The notes under the pieces were generated by a model. The model was not told the DNA's origin. It saw nothing but the letters and a program-made list of their open reading frames with translations, and ran no database searches. Source: Octopus bimaculoides (taxonomy: Eukaryota). From it: 64,000 nucleotides of DNA. The translations under genes and the position numbers were made by a program. The stretch spans positions 5,555,260 through 5,619,259 of the forward strand of contig NC_068986.1 in NCBI RefSeq assembly GCF_001194135.2, given 5' to 3'. Shown here piece after piece: positions 50,778 to 63,805 of this stretch (position 1 is its first letter; each line of letters starts with the position of its first letter).

Positions 50778-51990
50778 TTGGATCATCCCATAAATAATGT
50801 GGTTTTTTATACTTCTTTTGTTTTTCAAAATTAAGATAAGCTAATATCTTTTTTAATCTAAAATATACTCTCCTTCATTTTCTACAATGCTCTTCCATCT
50901 ATCTGGTTTATTTGCAAGGCCTCTCTTCCAAAATTTACTTGTCCATGACGAAAAATACTCCTCCAGTACTGTTCAGACCTTGTCTACAGAATTCATAATC
51001 TTTCCGTCCAAATGATTTTGAAGACGAGCAATGTCCAGCGAATATGGTGAGTGGGGCATTGTTTCCCATTCAAACTGCTCCAGCCTTTGGAATGTCATTC
51101 TTGCTATATGTGGCCAAGCATTATCCTGATGGAAGAGCACATTTCATCTTGAAACCAAAGATGGTCGTTTTTCTTTTAGCACTGACTTAAGCTGCTCGCA
51201 GTAGATTTCCTTTGTTATCATTTGGTTTGGGTTTAAAAGTTCAAAGTGGACTAAACCTTTCATATCCCACCAAACAGATAACAACATTTTATGTGGGTGA
51301 AGACCTTCTTTAGCCTGGGGTGCTGGTGTTTCTACTTTCCCTACCCACTGTCTTCAGCGTTTGACATTTTTACAGAGAACCCATTTCTTGTCACCAGTCA
51401 CTATTTGGTCCAAAAAAAAAAAAGGTTCATTCGTGAGACATGATAGTAACTCTATGCACGCAATTAGACTCAGAAAGTTTGTGAAGAACCCATTGACCCA
51501 ATTTGCTTACTTTTCTGATGGCACACAGGTGTTGATGACCAAATTCAAGCTTCTCTGCTAATTCCTCAACAGTTATAATGGGTTTGCAGAACATCCTCAT
51601 CGAGCTCTACAGATCTTCCAGGATGAGACTTGTCTTCTAGTCTGGTTTCCAGCTTGGAATTTCTGGAACCACTGTTGACACTGGCTTACACTTATTGTCT
51701 GATCCCCATATACTGCATTAATATTCCTTGCACTTTCCATTGCGTCGCTACCTTTATTGAACTCATAAAGCAAAATATGCTGAATATGCTCCTTTGTCAC
51801 TTCCATTATAGCTTTGGAAAAATAACTGTTAAAATTGAATTGCACTCTTCAAAACTTGCACTAAGAATAAGCACAAGGTAAAATTACTAACTGCTTTTAT
51901 AGAGAGTTGATACAGGTAGTTTATCCCGTGCCCCTCTGAGTTTTAGTTCATGCAATTGAAAAAACTGCATTATTTAAGGGATGACCCAAT
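50778..51990 (-). mobile_element. Near full-length degenerate mariner (about 1.2 kb)
   Basis: TA-flanked TIRs ttggatcatcccataaataatg / cattatttaagggatgacccaa; MEVTKEHIQHILLYEFNKG, VLFHQDNAWPH, HSPYSLDIA. Confidence 0.92.
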
Positions 51991-54210
51991 AAAACCAATG
52001 CATTACAAAAATAATTGATCTTTAAAAGTGTTTAGTAGATAGAATTAGAAGTGACAAAAAGTTATTTATATAAACTTTTTTCACCAAAATCAATATTAAA
52101 ATTAAGGGTGCAATTTTTTTTTTTAAAGATAATTTAGGCCCTAAAATCAAGATGTATTATTCATGGACCTTCATGATAGTTTTAAATTTAGCTACTTCAG
52201 AACATGATTTGTGTTTATACTTTTTTTCTTTTTTTCCTTAAATTCTTTTATTAATTTCAAACATTTGACTGTTGGGGCATCACCTTCAAGGGATTTTGTG
52301 AATGATATTGATCCTTTTTGTCAAGTACTTATTTTGTAAGGGAAGGAACTAAATATCAAAACATATTGGTCATCCCTGACAATTATATACATTTAGATTC
52401 CATATTGATGCCCAAAACCACTTTGTTGCAAAGCAAACATTTAACAATGAGAAGTTATCTACATAAGAATCTGGGTTTTGCTCAATTGTGTGTGAATTGC
52501 AGAGAACAGACCAATTGTGGGCAAAATGCAGCACAAGGCTTTCTGAATGGCATGCCAATGAAAAAATTGCCTTGATTTCTTTTTAGTAATGCAGCCTGCT
52601 TGATGATGAACCATATTTCATGTGGCCAGCTTCTTGCAAAAGATTGCTCATGCCTGGAATAGACTATACACAAATCGGTCGATATAACAACTCATTATAT
52701 TGGTATTGACCTTAAACCTGTGAAAATCAAAATGACTTGTGTTACCAGTTAAATATAAAACTGATCAAGATGGTTTCTATGGATAGCAATAATGGTATTC
52801 ATTTTGATCTGAATTTAAAAGAAGGTCAAGCACTTTAAAACAAGAGTGTAGTAAGACAACAGAATAATGCTGGTTAGAAGTTAGGGAAGTAAAAGAGGAG
52901 GATAAAATACTGTAACTGAATAAATTAAGAGAAGTTAAAATCAATTAAGAACAAGATGTGAAAAGGTTAAACAAGAGGTAAAATTGAAGCTATTAGAGTT
53001 CATAACTGAGCATTTCTTTTTTTTTCCAAAATATGAAATGCTTTTGCAACTTGTCAAATTTAGTTCAGTTGAGAGCACTGGCTATTAGACAAGGTCAGAA
53101 CAGTACTCGCTACTCTCTGAGTTCAAAATTTGCCAAGGTCAGTGTTGTCTTTCATCTTTTCAGGTCAAAAAAAAAAAGTATCAATCCAGAAAGGTTGATT
53201 AGAGAAACTGTGAGAAAGCCAGGAAAGAGGTCTTACAGTATTTATTCCAACTGTTTGTATTCTGATTGTACCATACTGTATCAGCCCCAATCCTTTCCTT
53301 TGGATTCACATCACTGGTGTGGAAAGGGGAGACTTGCTTGCATGTGCAACTGCCAGTCTTCCTCAAAAAGATCTTAACTAGGCTTCTGCATACATGTGCA
53401 GAGGCATGGTCAGCCTTGACCAACTAAAGCCATATATATAACAACAATAGTAGCATTAGTTACAGGTTTTCAACAGACCAATCATTCACTTACTGCATTT
53501 CTGATGATGTACATGACAGGGAGTATCTTTAACTTAGTACAGAGCATATTTCACAAGGGACTTTATTTCAAGAGTATGTGTTTTTGGTTTCTCAGCAAAA
53601 GATGTATTGGTCAACCTGAAGTTATTGCTCAAGGTGCTGCACAGTACTGAACCCAGAACCATGTGGTTAACTAAGCAAGCTCTTAACCAACCAGCCATGC
53701 CTCTGTCCATTTAATACTAATTACCAAAATCAAGATAAGTCTGTAAGGCTTAAGTGATTTTGAAATACATTTTTATTATTCTTCAAAGAAATGTTCCACG
53801 ATTCCAGTTAGGTGTTTTGGGAGAGAGTAATATAATGTATTGTAGATGGAGAAATTGCCTGCATGAAAGAGTTCCATTACAACTTAATTGACAAAATCTT
53901 TTGTTCTGTTTGTACAATTGCATAGTTAAAAACCTTATGAGCTAGCAACATGTAAGCTTAAATTTTTCAATAATCAGGTAAAATGTAAATATTACAGAGA
54001 AATACTTTGAGAAATAGAATTCTAATTGAATTACATGAGCGATCTATTTTATTTGTCAAAGCAATTGTTTTAACAGCTTTTAATGTCTTTCAGCTAACCA
54101 CACAATTATGAAATAAATTTATGTTCAGTCAAACAAACTGAAGCAGAGTTAAGTAACTTGTTCAGAGGTACAAAAGTAAAATCTTTAACCGCCAAACAAC
54201 TTGTTATTAA

Positions 54211-54483
54211 CCCATAAACTGCTGGGATTTTGCTGTATGTAACATGAACTGCTGAGCCTATTTTGGTTAACGATCAACATCGATCTATCACTCGAAAAAA
54301 ATACTCAGTGTTTCTTAACACCTTCTGTGATTGGCTACACTGTTTCTGGGGTGAAAGGGTACCGTGTGCATACATTATACGTCATCAAAATTTGGACAGA
54401 TCATGCCCTACTTCTGTGGCCACGAACGTGGACTGTCACACTGTCGTGTTGGCCACTGAGGGTGACCTATTGCAGTTTATGGG
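54211..54483. mobile_element. Young piggyBac-type MITE
   Basis: TTAA TSD on both sides; perfect 12-bp TIR cccataaactgc / gcagtttatggg; CpGs retained. Confidence 0.88.
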
Positions 54484-54971
54484 TTAAATATAAATAACTA
54501 AATCAAGCTTTATATTTTTTTCTAACCTTTCAAATATATGCTTTGTAGCTCATAAAAATACTCAAAGCTTAATAAATAAGTAATTAACCAAAAGACTGTT
54601 AGTCAATGTATAGCTGTGAATAAACATTCAAATTTTCTACTGTTCAAGAAGTATTGTTACTAACTTTTCATATTTACTGTTGACTTTTTTTTTTATTTTC
54701 ACTTTTCTATGTGTTAATGAAATGAAGTGAAACTTTAACTACGAAACAAAATGTAAAACAATGATAGGTTTACCTGCAATAGATATAGATATGAAAAAAA
54801 AATCATACACATAACATACAAAAGAAGCTAATTTTATTTTTACTTTTCCACTTACCATCTCTATAAAGAATCAATGATTAATGGTATTTCAAATGTCTAC
54901 ATTAACTCACACCTTGAGGTTAAAAACAAACAGTCTGGCCAAGTAACACACGCATACACACACAAATTACT

Positions 54972-55112
54972 TCAATCTTTCTTTTTTGAATCCAAATCTT
55001 TGTCAGCTGTATTATTCTTTGGGTCATTTTCTTTAGGTTTCTTCTCTTTGGGACAAGTTTTCTTGCACTGGTGGAAGGCATCATTTAAGCCAATATCTCT
55101 GATAAAATTTTC
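54972..55112 (-). CDS. TMX2: TMX2 last exon (ENFIRDIGLN...SKKKD*)
   Basis: tcaag acceptor, TGA at 54974-54972, C-terminal di-lysine motif. Confidence 0.93.
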   Translation of the reverse strand, partial: ENFIRDIGLNDAFHQCKKTCPKEKKPKENDPKNNTADKDLDSKKKD

Positions 55113-55624
55113 CTTGAAAAAAACAATGTATTGATATTCATATTTGTATTATATTATTTAAAAAATAAAAGAAACAGTCTCAAATTAAATTTGATAATTA
55201 GTCAATTAAGAACATTGACTATTAACATAGTGATTAATAAGCAGTTTTCATTTAGTTATGTAAAATGACATTTCTACCATAATTCCAAGTTCCTCATTAA
55301 AAATGCAAAATGGTTCTTTTTTTAAGACTATTTCCAAAAGTGGAAAAGAGGCTTATTCAATGATAATTTCAATCAAGGGAACTTTTTCATAATCACTTCA
55401 CCTGCTAGAAATAGCATCCAAATCTTCCTCAAATCAGACTATAACACCAGGATGTGATTCTAGATGTACCATGTTCAGGAAAAAGGTGAGATGATCAAAA
55501 ATTGGAAAGCATTTGATCATAAGTCTGATCTAGGACTAAATGACATTATATCAAGAAGGTAAGTTAATTAGACAAAATAATCCAAAACCTATTTTATTTC
55601 AGAAACACTAAGAAAAATCCTTAC

Positions 55625-55754
55625 TTTCTGAAAGTTATATTTCACGACTTTGTTCTTAGCATCAAGTATGGGAAGCCTGCTTTTTTCTTTGCCTTCTTGG
55701 AAAAGGATAACAGATGGAAGTTGTTTTGACCAAGTACTTGTATCAATGTTATAT
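55625..55754 (-). CDS. TMX2: TMX2 exon 7 (YNIDTSTWSKQLPSVILFQEGKE...FQK)
   Basis: 130 nt, gtag/gtaagg. Confidence 0.96.
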
Positions 55755-56677
55755 CTACAAACACAGAACATTTTTAATGCAATGGCATCTTTGAATGACA
55801 TCAGTATTACTTAATTTTACATATTTCACAATACAAAATTGCCATTTTCTGCTAAATGAGAAATACTTGCCCAATTTATTTTAAAATATGAGTAAAATAC
55901 AGCACAGAAGTGGCTGTCTGGTAAAGTTTTCTTCTCAACTACATGGTTCCAGTTTCAATCCTACAGTATGTGGGCAGGTTTCTTGTACTGTATTTCACAT
56001 GCCCATTCCAGTGCACTCTTTTCTCTGGCACACAACATCTAAATCCTCTTATACCCAGTTTTTCTCTCTGTTCATTTGTGCTCCATTGTTCACTAACATT
56101 AACATTACACATTCAGCAGAGCCACTCACCTCATTTCTTTTCAGCTTTTACATTCAATATCATGCAATATTGCATTTTCTATACAAGCATCAAACAATCA
56201 TGCCTTCATCCACAATCATTGCTGAACCTGTTACTAGCAGCATATCTCTACATGACTTGCATACCTCACAAGCCATTATCTGCACCAAGTTTTCTTACCA
56301 ATTACCAGACCACAAACAAATATTGGATCTAGAGAAAACAACTATCACTGCAGCCACCACCACCACCACAACAACGCTTATTTACAACTATTATGCAATG
56401 TCAAGAAGAAGAGCACAAACACACACATAAACACAATGGGCTTCTTTCTGTCTCTGCCAACCAATTCCACTCACAAGGCTTTGGTTTGCCCAAGGTTGTA
56501 ATAGAAGACATTTGTCCAGGGTGCCACACAGTGGGACAGAACCCAAATGGTTAAGAAGCAAACTTCTTAACAGAAAATATATACAAACATTGGATCTAGA
56601 GAAAATATATAAAAACCACTGAACCCAAATTATAAAAATTAGAATAAAATAGCTAAAACAAAATCAAATAAACCAAC

Positions 56678-56743
56678 TTTTTAGCAATATCAGGATAGCG
56701 AGATCCGTCAAGTTTTCCAAACTTTAAATTTGGTAGGGTGTAT
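56678..56743 (-). CDS. TMX2: TMX2 exon 6 (YTLPNLKFGKLDGSRYPDIAK)
   Basis: 66 nt, ccag/gttggt, LxFGKxD motif. Confidence 0.95.
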
Positions 56744-56910
56744 CTGGAAGAAGAAGAAGAAGAAAAAAGCAAGCAAATTAACAAAAAATAGCTTTAAATA
56801 ACTGGGGTGCAAATTTTATATATATATATATATATATAATGATGATAAAAACATGAGTAATTTTTTAATAATTTTAATGAATATTATTTCTATCAATTTT
56901 AATCACTTAC

Positions 56911-57017
56911 TCAGATGAAACTTCAGCAAATATTGGAGCAAAGCTGATACAAGCTGGTGACCAAGCAGCATAGAAGGCAATGACCCATGTAATTCTTTTA
57001 TCTCGTTCAATTTCATC
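56911..57017 (-). CDS. TMX2: TMX2 exon 5 (DEIERDKRITWVIAFYAAWSPACISFAPIFAE)
   Basis: 107 nt; thioredoxin fold with SxxC site. Confidence 0.97.
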
Positions 57018-58940
57018 CTATAAAAGTAAAACAGAAAAAATTTAAGAAATTATGATTACATCTTTCTTTCCTTCAAGCCTACAGGTTCATGAGGCTGAAG
57101 ATTAACTGGATTTTTAAGATGCTCAGATTTCAGTCCATCACAGGGGTACCCCACCCTCCAGTTGCCACTAGTATTAATTTTCAGCTGAGTGTTCTATAGA
57201 GCAATGTGAAATGATGTATCTTGCTCAAGGACACAACATACCAGCTGATCCAAGAATCAAACCTATGACGTAACAATTGTGAGTCCAACATCCTAACCAC
57301 TAAACCAAGTGCCTTCACAAATAATCACATGTCAAAAGGAATGAAAATAATTTTGTTAAAAGAAATAGTTGTAAGGTTATCATGTCCTTTCTGCCACTAT
57401 GTTGCACTTGAAACCAAGGTGCGCTTGTCCCAATCTACTAATATTGAAAAAATACGACTATATTCTCTGTCAATTTTACAGCTGAGAGAATTACACTATA
57501 AAAGGTAAAGATCCCTATGGTCATGAATGACCATGGGATTGCACCTAGAAAGTTCCCCTCCAAGGCACAAGTCCAGGCAAAGTTGTTTGTGGAAGGCCAA
57601 CAGTCCCCCATGCATACCAGCCTCCCCTCCATGCCATTGATGCTATCCAAGGGAAAGGCAACTCATTTCTACAGCTGAGTGAACTGGAGCAACGTGAAAT
57701 AAAATGTCTTGCTCAAGAACACAACACAGCCCAGTCTAGAAATCGAACTCACTACCTCATGATTGTGAGCCCGATACTAACCACACTATAAAAACCTCTG
57801 ATTACTACAAACATGTAATCTAATTTGTGCTATTTTCCTAATTATTCTTTATATAAACACAGAAAACGCTTGTAAAAATTTTTTGTTGTATATTGAATAT
57901 TATCAAATGAAAAAGTAGCCCTATAAGCAAAGACATCCATGAATAACTATGACTATGTTTTGGGAGAGTCATTATGCCAATATTAACACACACACACTGG
58001 TTCATTTCCATTCCTTTATTATAAGTCAATTGGTTAAGTATCCAACTAACTAAACGATTGTCTAATTTGGTTAAACAGTAAGTCATCTGTTTTATTTTTG
58101 TTTATCAAAGCTCTTTTGCTGCTACATGCAATCTTTACAATGACTATTGACTTAGTCCATCACAGAGGCCACATTTGTCTGCTTTAAGATCTTGTTGCAC
58201 GCCAGTGTGCACATGTGCTCGTGTGTGTGTATTTGGCATATTTGTGTGTGTGCTTGTATGTATATGTGTCTGTGTGTACTTTTGCTTCCTTGTGCATACA
58301 TGCTTGAGTGTATGTATGAGTTTCTATATGCACATGCACCTGTTGTGTGTGCCTATATATGTATTTGTGTGTATACATGTGCATGGAGTGTGTGCATAAT
58401 GACTCTCCCTAAACACAACAAAATTTGTCTCAACACATGAATTCACATAAAGAACCTTGCAAACCAGATACAAAAACGAAGTAAGACTATGTTATCTAAT
58501 GAGTTTTTTTTCTTTTTTGAGACAATAAATCAAGAGAAACTTGGCCACTATTTCAACCATGTAGAGGCTCATGATAGTGCTGACTGAAGTAATTCAACAT
58601 GGTGGATTCTATCTCTCTCCAGTAGTACACAAGAGAGGACATGAACTCAGAACTACAAACTAACAAAACAGTATTTCACACAGTGTTTTGGTTGCCTACA
58701 TCAGGGTGCTGTGCCATTCATGGCAACAATGTAAAGCTGGATAGAAGAGATCATCGACATATCTTATGTCCAAAACTGTACTGAATCAGCCAGCTGAAGC
58801 TCTAAGCTCTAAAAGCAATCTGACTAAAACATATCTTGATTACCTTATATCTAACCAGTATTTAGTAATTAATACAAAGCATGTTAGTGTTTATATGTTG
58901 TATGATAATTACAAAGAAAAATGTGTTTTCAAACACTTAC

Positions 58941-59017
58941 TGGTAAGTGTGAGCCACGGAAGTAAGTGAGATTCTCTGGGCCTGCATAGGCTGGTTCTGG
59001 ACAAAATATGAGATGCA
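58941..59017 (-). CDS. TMX2: TMX2 exon 4 (HLIFCPEPAYAGPENLTYFRGSHLP)
   Basis: 77 nt, tttag/gtaagt, PxYxGPE motif. Confidence 0.95.
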
Positions 59018-59126
59018 CTAAAAGACAAAAAAGTAAAACATTTCAAAGCAAAGCCAAAATACTCTTTTTTTTTTTTTCTTAAAGAAAAACAAATAACTTA
59101 AGAACTACTTCAACAGACATTCTACA

Positions 59127-59176
<50 letters not shown>

Positions 59177-59214
59177 GTTTATACACACTCACACATATAT
59201 GTTTCACCATTATG

Positions 59215-59830
59215 CTTACTAGGAACCCTGCATTGTATGTTCCATGTTTGATATGAGTTGTTCTATTGAATCAATAATGCCTTGTGCAAAATGCTGATCC
59301 TAGCAGAATTATTGTTTTGATACTGTATAGAGCTGTGAGCTTACATGTTTTTGTTCATATATTTTTTCCTACCAGTTAGTATTGGTTATGTTTTTACTTT
59401 CATACCCTACATCTTGAATATTCTGATTTCAGGACCCTTGGATTTTGAGGTGTTTTTTCAATCCTTTTTCACCAATATTTTGTTTAGAAGGGTCTGAAAA
59501 ACCTATCAGTGTGCATGTGTTTTTCCCCCCTGTCTCTTATGTCAGAATGGCTTGCCTTGATCTATCTCCCTCAGTCTGGATGGGCTTATCCTAGATGACT
59601 GTGGCCAAGTTATTATCATATACTATGTTTGGTATATGTTTATACCACTTGTTTGTTTTCACATCAAATTGTTGAAATATTGCCCAGTGGATATAACTGT
59701 CAACCTCATCATGTCTGTGTATATATTCAGATTTGGCTAAAACTGGGGTAGCCAGAAATAATGTAGTCAACCATCTCATTGTGCTAGTTGCACATTCCAC
59801 AGTGGTGTGAGGATCTGTTTTCAATACATA
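59215..59830 (-). mobile_element. R4/Dong-like non-LTR retrotransposon 3' fragment (restriction-like endonuclease region)
   Basis: LAKSEYIHRHDEVDSYIHW..KWYKHIP..ATVI(W)DKPIQT, the typical knuckle/RLE-region motifs, degenerate. Confidence 0.75.
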
Positions 59831-60129
59831 CTTCTTATAATCCTTTGTGGTCAGACGGTGATCCTAAGCAATTATTCAAATTCTACTTCATTAATAGGCA
59901 CACAGTAGATCTCAAAGATAATCATCAGAGAATGGGATTGAATATGTCACAAGAAAATAACATTTTAACTTCAAGAAATGATACAAGGCGTCATATTCTT
60001 ATCTGCTTCATTGGAAACTCCAGGGAAGATTTTACTCACATTATAAGGTAAGTATCATGAAAATATAACCAAATAAATGTCCAATGAAAGTTAAGACGTT
60101 TTTGTGTGTTTACAAATCCTGCAAATATT

Positions 60130-60473
60130 ATAGGGTAAAGACCCCCATCAGTCATGAATGACCATGGGATTGCACATAGGAAGATCTCTTCTAAGGCACA
60201 GCCTGGGTAACGTTGTTTCTGAAAGACCAGCAGTCGCCCATGCATGCCAGCCTCCCCTCTCCACACTACCAATGTTATCCAAAGGAAAGGCAAAGGCTTA
60301 TACAGCTTGGCATCAATGATGTCACAACTCATTTCTACAGCTGAGTGAACTGGCGCAACACGAAATAAAGCGTCTTGCTCAAGAACACAACACACACAAC
60401 CTGGTCCAGCAATCAAACTCACTGCCTCATGATTGTGAGCCCAACACTCTAACCACTGCGCCATGCACCTTCA
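60130..60473 (-). mobile_element. tRNA-derived SINE with CORE-like central domain (related: 57500-57785, 57130-57320, 11925-12159, 27990-28190)
   Basis: Minus strand: tggcgcagtggttagag...gagtttgattgc head, then ttcttgagcaagacgctttatttc...ccagttcactcagctg. Confidence 0.8.
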
Positions 60474-60553
60474 CAAATATTATAATAACACTTAAATAGA
60501 TATTTCTGAAACAAAATGTTCCCCATGATGATCTATATTCTTCAGGAATTGAA

Positions 60554-60954
60554 CTCTTTTTGATACCAACCTTCCTGAGACTAACATTCATTCTATGATA
60601 CAAACTTGTTTTAAAGTGATCTAAGTCAAAACCTTCCATCAAAATTTCTTGTTAATTTATGTTCCATATACCAGCTTAATAATGACAAAGTTATTTCACT
60701 AAATTCTCCATCCTTTTTAAAATTAATTGAAACAAAGGCAGTATAAAGTAGTTGTATGCTGTCAACTTAATGTGACAGTCTCCTGAAGGGAATAATACTA
60801 CTGCTGGTTAGACTTTCAGGGGACTGTCACATTAAGTTGACAGCATACAACTACTTCATCGTATCACTACTGCATAAATCTCTCTGAGAGATTTAGAAAT
60901 GTATTATTTCTAAAAAAGGCAGTATAGTTTAACAGAAATTTGGTAAGAAAAGGG
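60554..60954. mobile_element. piggyBac-type MITE, family B, carrying a 169-bp insert (related copy about 35258-35449)
   Basis: ctcttttgatacc ... aaaaggg|TTAA ends; shares internal ttccatcaaaatttc.tgttaatttatgtt with the 35.3-kb copy. Confidence 0.7.
60746..60856. repeat. Inverted repeat, 42-bp arms (1 mismatch), 27-nt spacer
   Basis: 60746-60787 is the reverse complement of 60815-60856 except at one position. Confidence 0.95.
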
Positions 60955-61010
60955 TTAAAAAAGCAAGTAGATATGTAAACAAGTTCAGGAGAAATATAAA
61001 ATATACTTAC

Positions 61011-61124
61011 ATAAACAAGGAATAGCAAAACATAACCCATATATAGGTCCTTGTTTCAAGAAAAGAAGGAAGTTAAGAGCTTTGCCAAACATGCATGCTG
61101 TAGAAATGTAACTAAGAAAATTGG
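61011..61124 (-). CDS. TMX2: TMX2 exon 3 (NFLSYISTACMFGKALN...)
   Basis: 114 nt, phase 1-1, ttcag/gtaagt. Confidence 0.92.
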
Positions 61125-61273
61125 CTGAAATGGAAAAATGAAAAAATAAATAAATAGAACATAAGAAAATGGAATAATTAATTCAGTGTATAAAAACATA
61201 TTTAACCCTATTATAGAGGAACAGCTGAAAGAAAAAACCAACTGATCAGCATCTTCAAGACTGATTTAATGGA

Positions 61274-61447
61274 CAGTAATCCCTCGACTATCGCAGGTGT
61301 TATGTTCGAAAACCCCTTGCAATAGATGAAAATCCGCGAAGTAGAAACAGTACTGTGCTGTATATTTCTTTAATTATTTTTATAATTTGTATATATTTAT
61401 TTTATCATAAATGCAAAACAATACCACGATATGGCGACGGATTACTG
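61274..61447. mobile_element. pogo/Tigger-type MITE
   Basis: cagtaatccctcgac ... gacgggattactg + TA. Confidence 0.7.
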
Positions 61448-61559
61448 TAATCGTAATTATCTGCTGACTTCCTTTGGTGCAAAAATCTTCTAGAACCCTG
61501 AGCATAGACAGTGATACAGACTTAATAAATGACAAAGATTAAGAAAGACACCAAAGCTG

Positions 61560-61775
61560 ATATTGGTTTCAAATTCTGGCACAAGGCCAGTAATTTTGGG
61601 GGAGGAGTTAAATCAATTACATCGACCACAGTGTTCAACTGGTACTTATTTTATCAACCCCGAAAGGATGAAAGGCAAAGTCAACCTCAGTGAAATTTGC
61701 ACTCAGAACATAAAGACAGACTAAATACTAAGCATTTTGCCTGGCAGGCTAATGATTCTGCCAGTTAACTGCCTT
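61560..61775 (-). mobile_element. tRNA-derived SINE with gcctttcatcctttcggg central domain (related: 33445-33570, 19325-19500, 16840-16920)
   Basis: Homologous dispersed copies; tRNA-like head at the right end on the minus strand. Confidence 0.7.
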
Positions 61776-63744
61776 CACTAAACACTGTATTAAAATCAAA
61801 AACTATTCACTGTTTAACTTAAGTTCAGAAAACAAACTGCTTTGTTATACAATGATGGTCGTTATTAATTATTTAAATGTTATCTAAATGAAATAAATAA
61901 ATTTATGCACTTAATTCACCCCATCAATTGAAATTTACATCTTCAACATTGTTTCAATCTTTTCAGTAATATCTTTATATCTTTTCTGTTGCCTGTTTCA
62001 GTATGTGAACTTTGGCCATGCTGGGGCACTGCTTTCAAGGGTTTTCACTCAAATGAATCAGCTCCAGTATTTTTTTCTTGGTTTTATATTCTAAGCTTGG
62101 TACTTATTCTATCAGTCTCTTATGCCAAACTGCTAAGCTAAAGAGATGTAAAAAAAAATCAACACCAATTGTCACATACACACACACACACACAGCAGGC
62201 TTCTTTCTGTTTTAATCTATCAGATCTACTCTCAAGGATTTGGTCAACCTGGAGCTATAGAAGACTCTTGCCCAAAGTGCCACACAGTGGGGCTGCACCT
62301 TGAACGGTGCTTATGGTCAAATTGAAATATTACTATATTTCAGTAATATTTCTTGACATATTTTTTAGAGATGCAAAGCTTAACATCTGGAGATAAAGTT
62401 ATATAGCTTACACATTCTCTTTTAATTAGTAACATTGATTTTCTAACAAATGTTGCTGCTTTCATTTTATTTATTTTTTTTGGGGTGTGTGTTGGTTATA
62501 GTCAATTATACTGATTCTGGCATTTCAATTAGGAACACTTAATGGTGCAGCTAACAGCTGTAGACTTTGGGAGTACTGTATCAGATAGCATTTTGAAAGA
62601 CTGAGGTGTTGAATTTAAATTCTCTCCTGAGTATTGCTGGAAAAGGATAGGCTCCACTATGTTGACATACTTCATTCAATGCTAGCATAAAATTCTATGC
62701 AATTATTCAACCTAGTAGAAATAGCAATCAAATCTACTTCAAATCGCATCCCAAAAGATTAAAGGCAACACTGACCACAGCAGGATTTGGAATCAGAAAG
62801 TAAAAAAGGCATAACTAAATACCACAGACCATTTTGCCAGACATTCTAATGACTCTGCCAATTCTGCCTGTCCACCACCCCTAAATACATATTAGAAAAA
62901 AATCATTTGGAAAGTAGTCAAAAAATTAAATTGAATATTGACACACAAACACACACATACATGCATATTTAGACATATGTATACACAAACATATAAACAC
63001 ACACACACACACACATACATATGTCAGATGTACTCATAAACATGTGATCAGCCCTCTTGATTTCAGAGAGAGATGGAGAGAGAGAGAGAGAGGGGGGTAG
63101 TTATAGGAATCAAAGCTGATGTCTTTTCCAACAACATTATTAAAGTGAGAGAAATAGCTATGACTGAGAATTGAACTTAGGTTGCAGCACAGTCATTTAC
63201 CACCTATGCTCCTATGCTTTGGTACTCATCATTTACATTGTTTTATTTGTTTTTGTTTGGGTGGGGTGACAAGGAGGGGTTAATAGTTTGGTATGGCTGT
63301 CTCAGATAGAGACCAGTGAGGGAGATGTGATTAATGCTCTTCTTAAACAGCTGAAAATTGATGATTGCAGGTCAAGAAGAGAAAACCACAAGGATGACAT
63401 ACTAGGGTGGGGGGGAAGGATTAAGCATGGAGTTCACTGAATGACAAGAGGAGGAAAGAGGACATGAGACCACCAGCACAAAAAAAAAAAAAAAATAGAG
63501 GTCATTGTTGAAAAGACTAACTGTAGGTTAGAGGTTGGGATGTGTTAGTAAGCAATTTCATGCCAATCATTTAGGTGGATTTCTAAAGAAGAGGATGTAG
63601 TTTAAGATGTCTTTATGTGTAGCATACCATCCTAGTTACGTTTTTGCTACATATGAAAAGAAAATCCAAATGAAACATTTCTGATAGAGTTGTGAAGTTG
63701 TATTCAAAAATTTTAGACAATTTATTGATTAAGGGCATACTTAC

Positions 63745-63805
63745 TCTGTCTCCTGTTTTTAATGACGATGATACAAGCTAAAAAGGTCAACCATTCCCAT
63801 TCTTT
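63745..63805 (-). CDS. TMX2: Thioredoxin-related transmembrane protein 2, exon 2 (KEWEWLTFLACIIVIKNRRQ); exon 1 lies beyond the window
   Basis: 61 nt, gcag/gtaagt, KNRR motif. Confidence 0.92.

Noticed and set aside
55888-56430. 180-aa plus-strand ORF
   Set aside because: Antisense in a TMX2 intron, begins in a SINE remnant, low complexity, no domain recognised.
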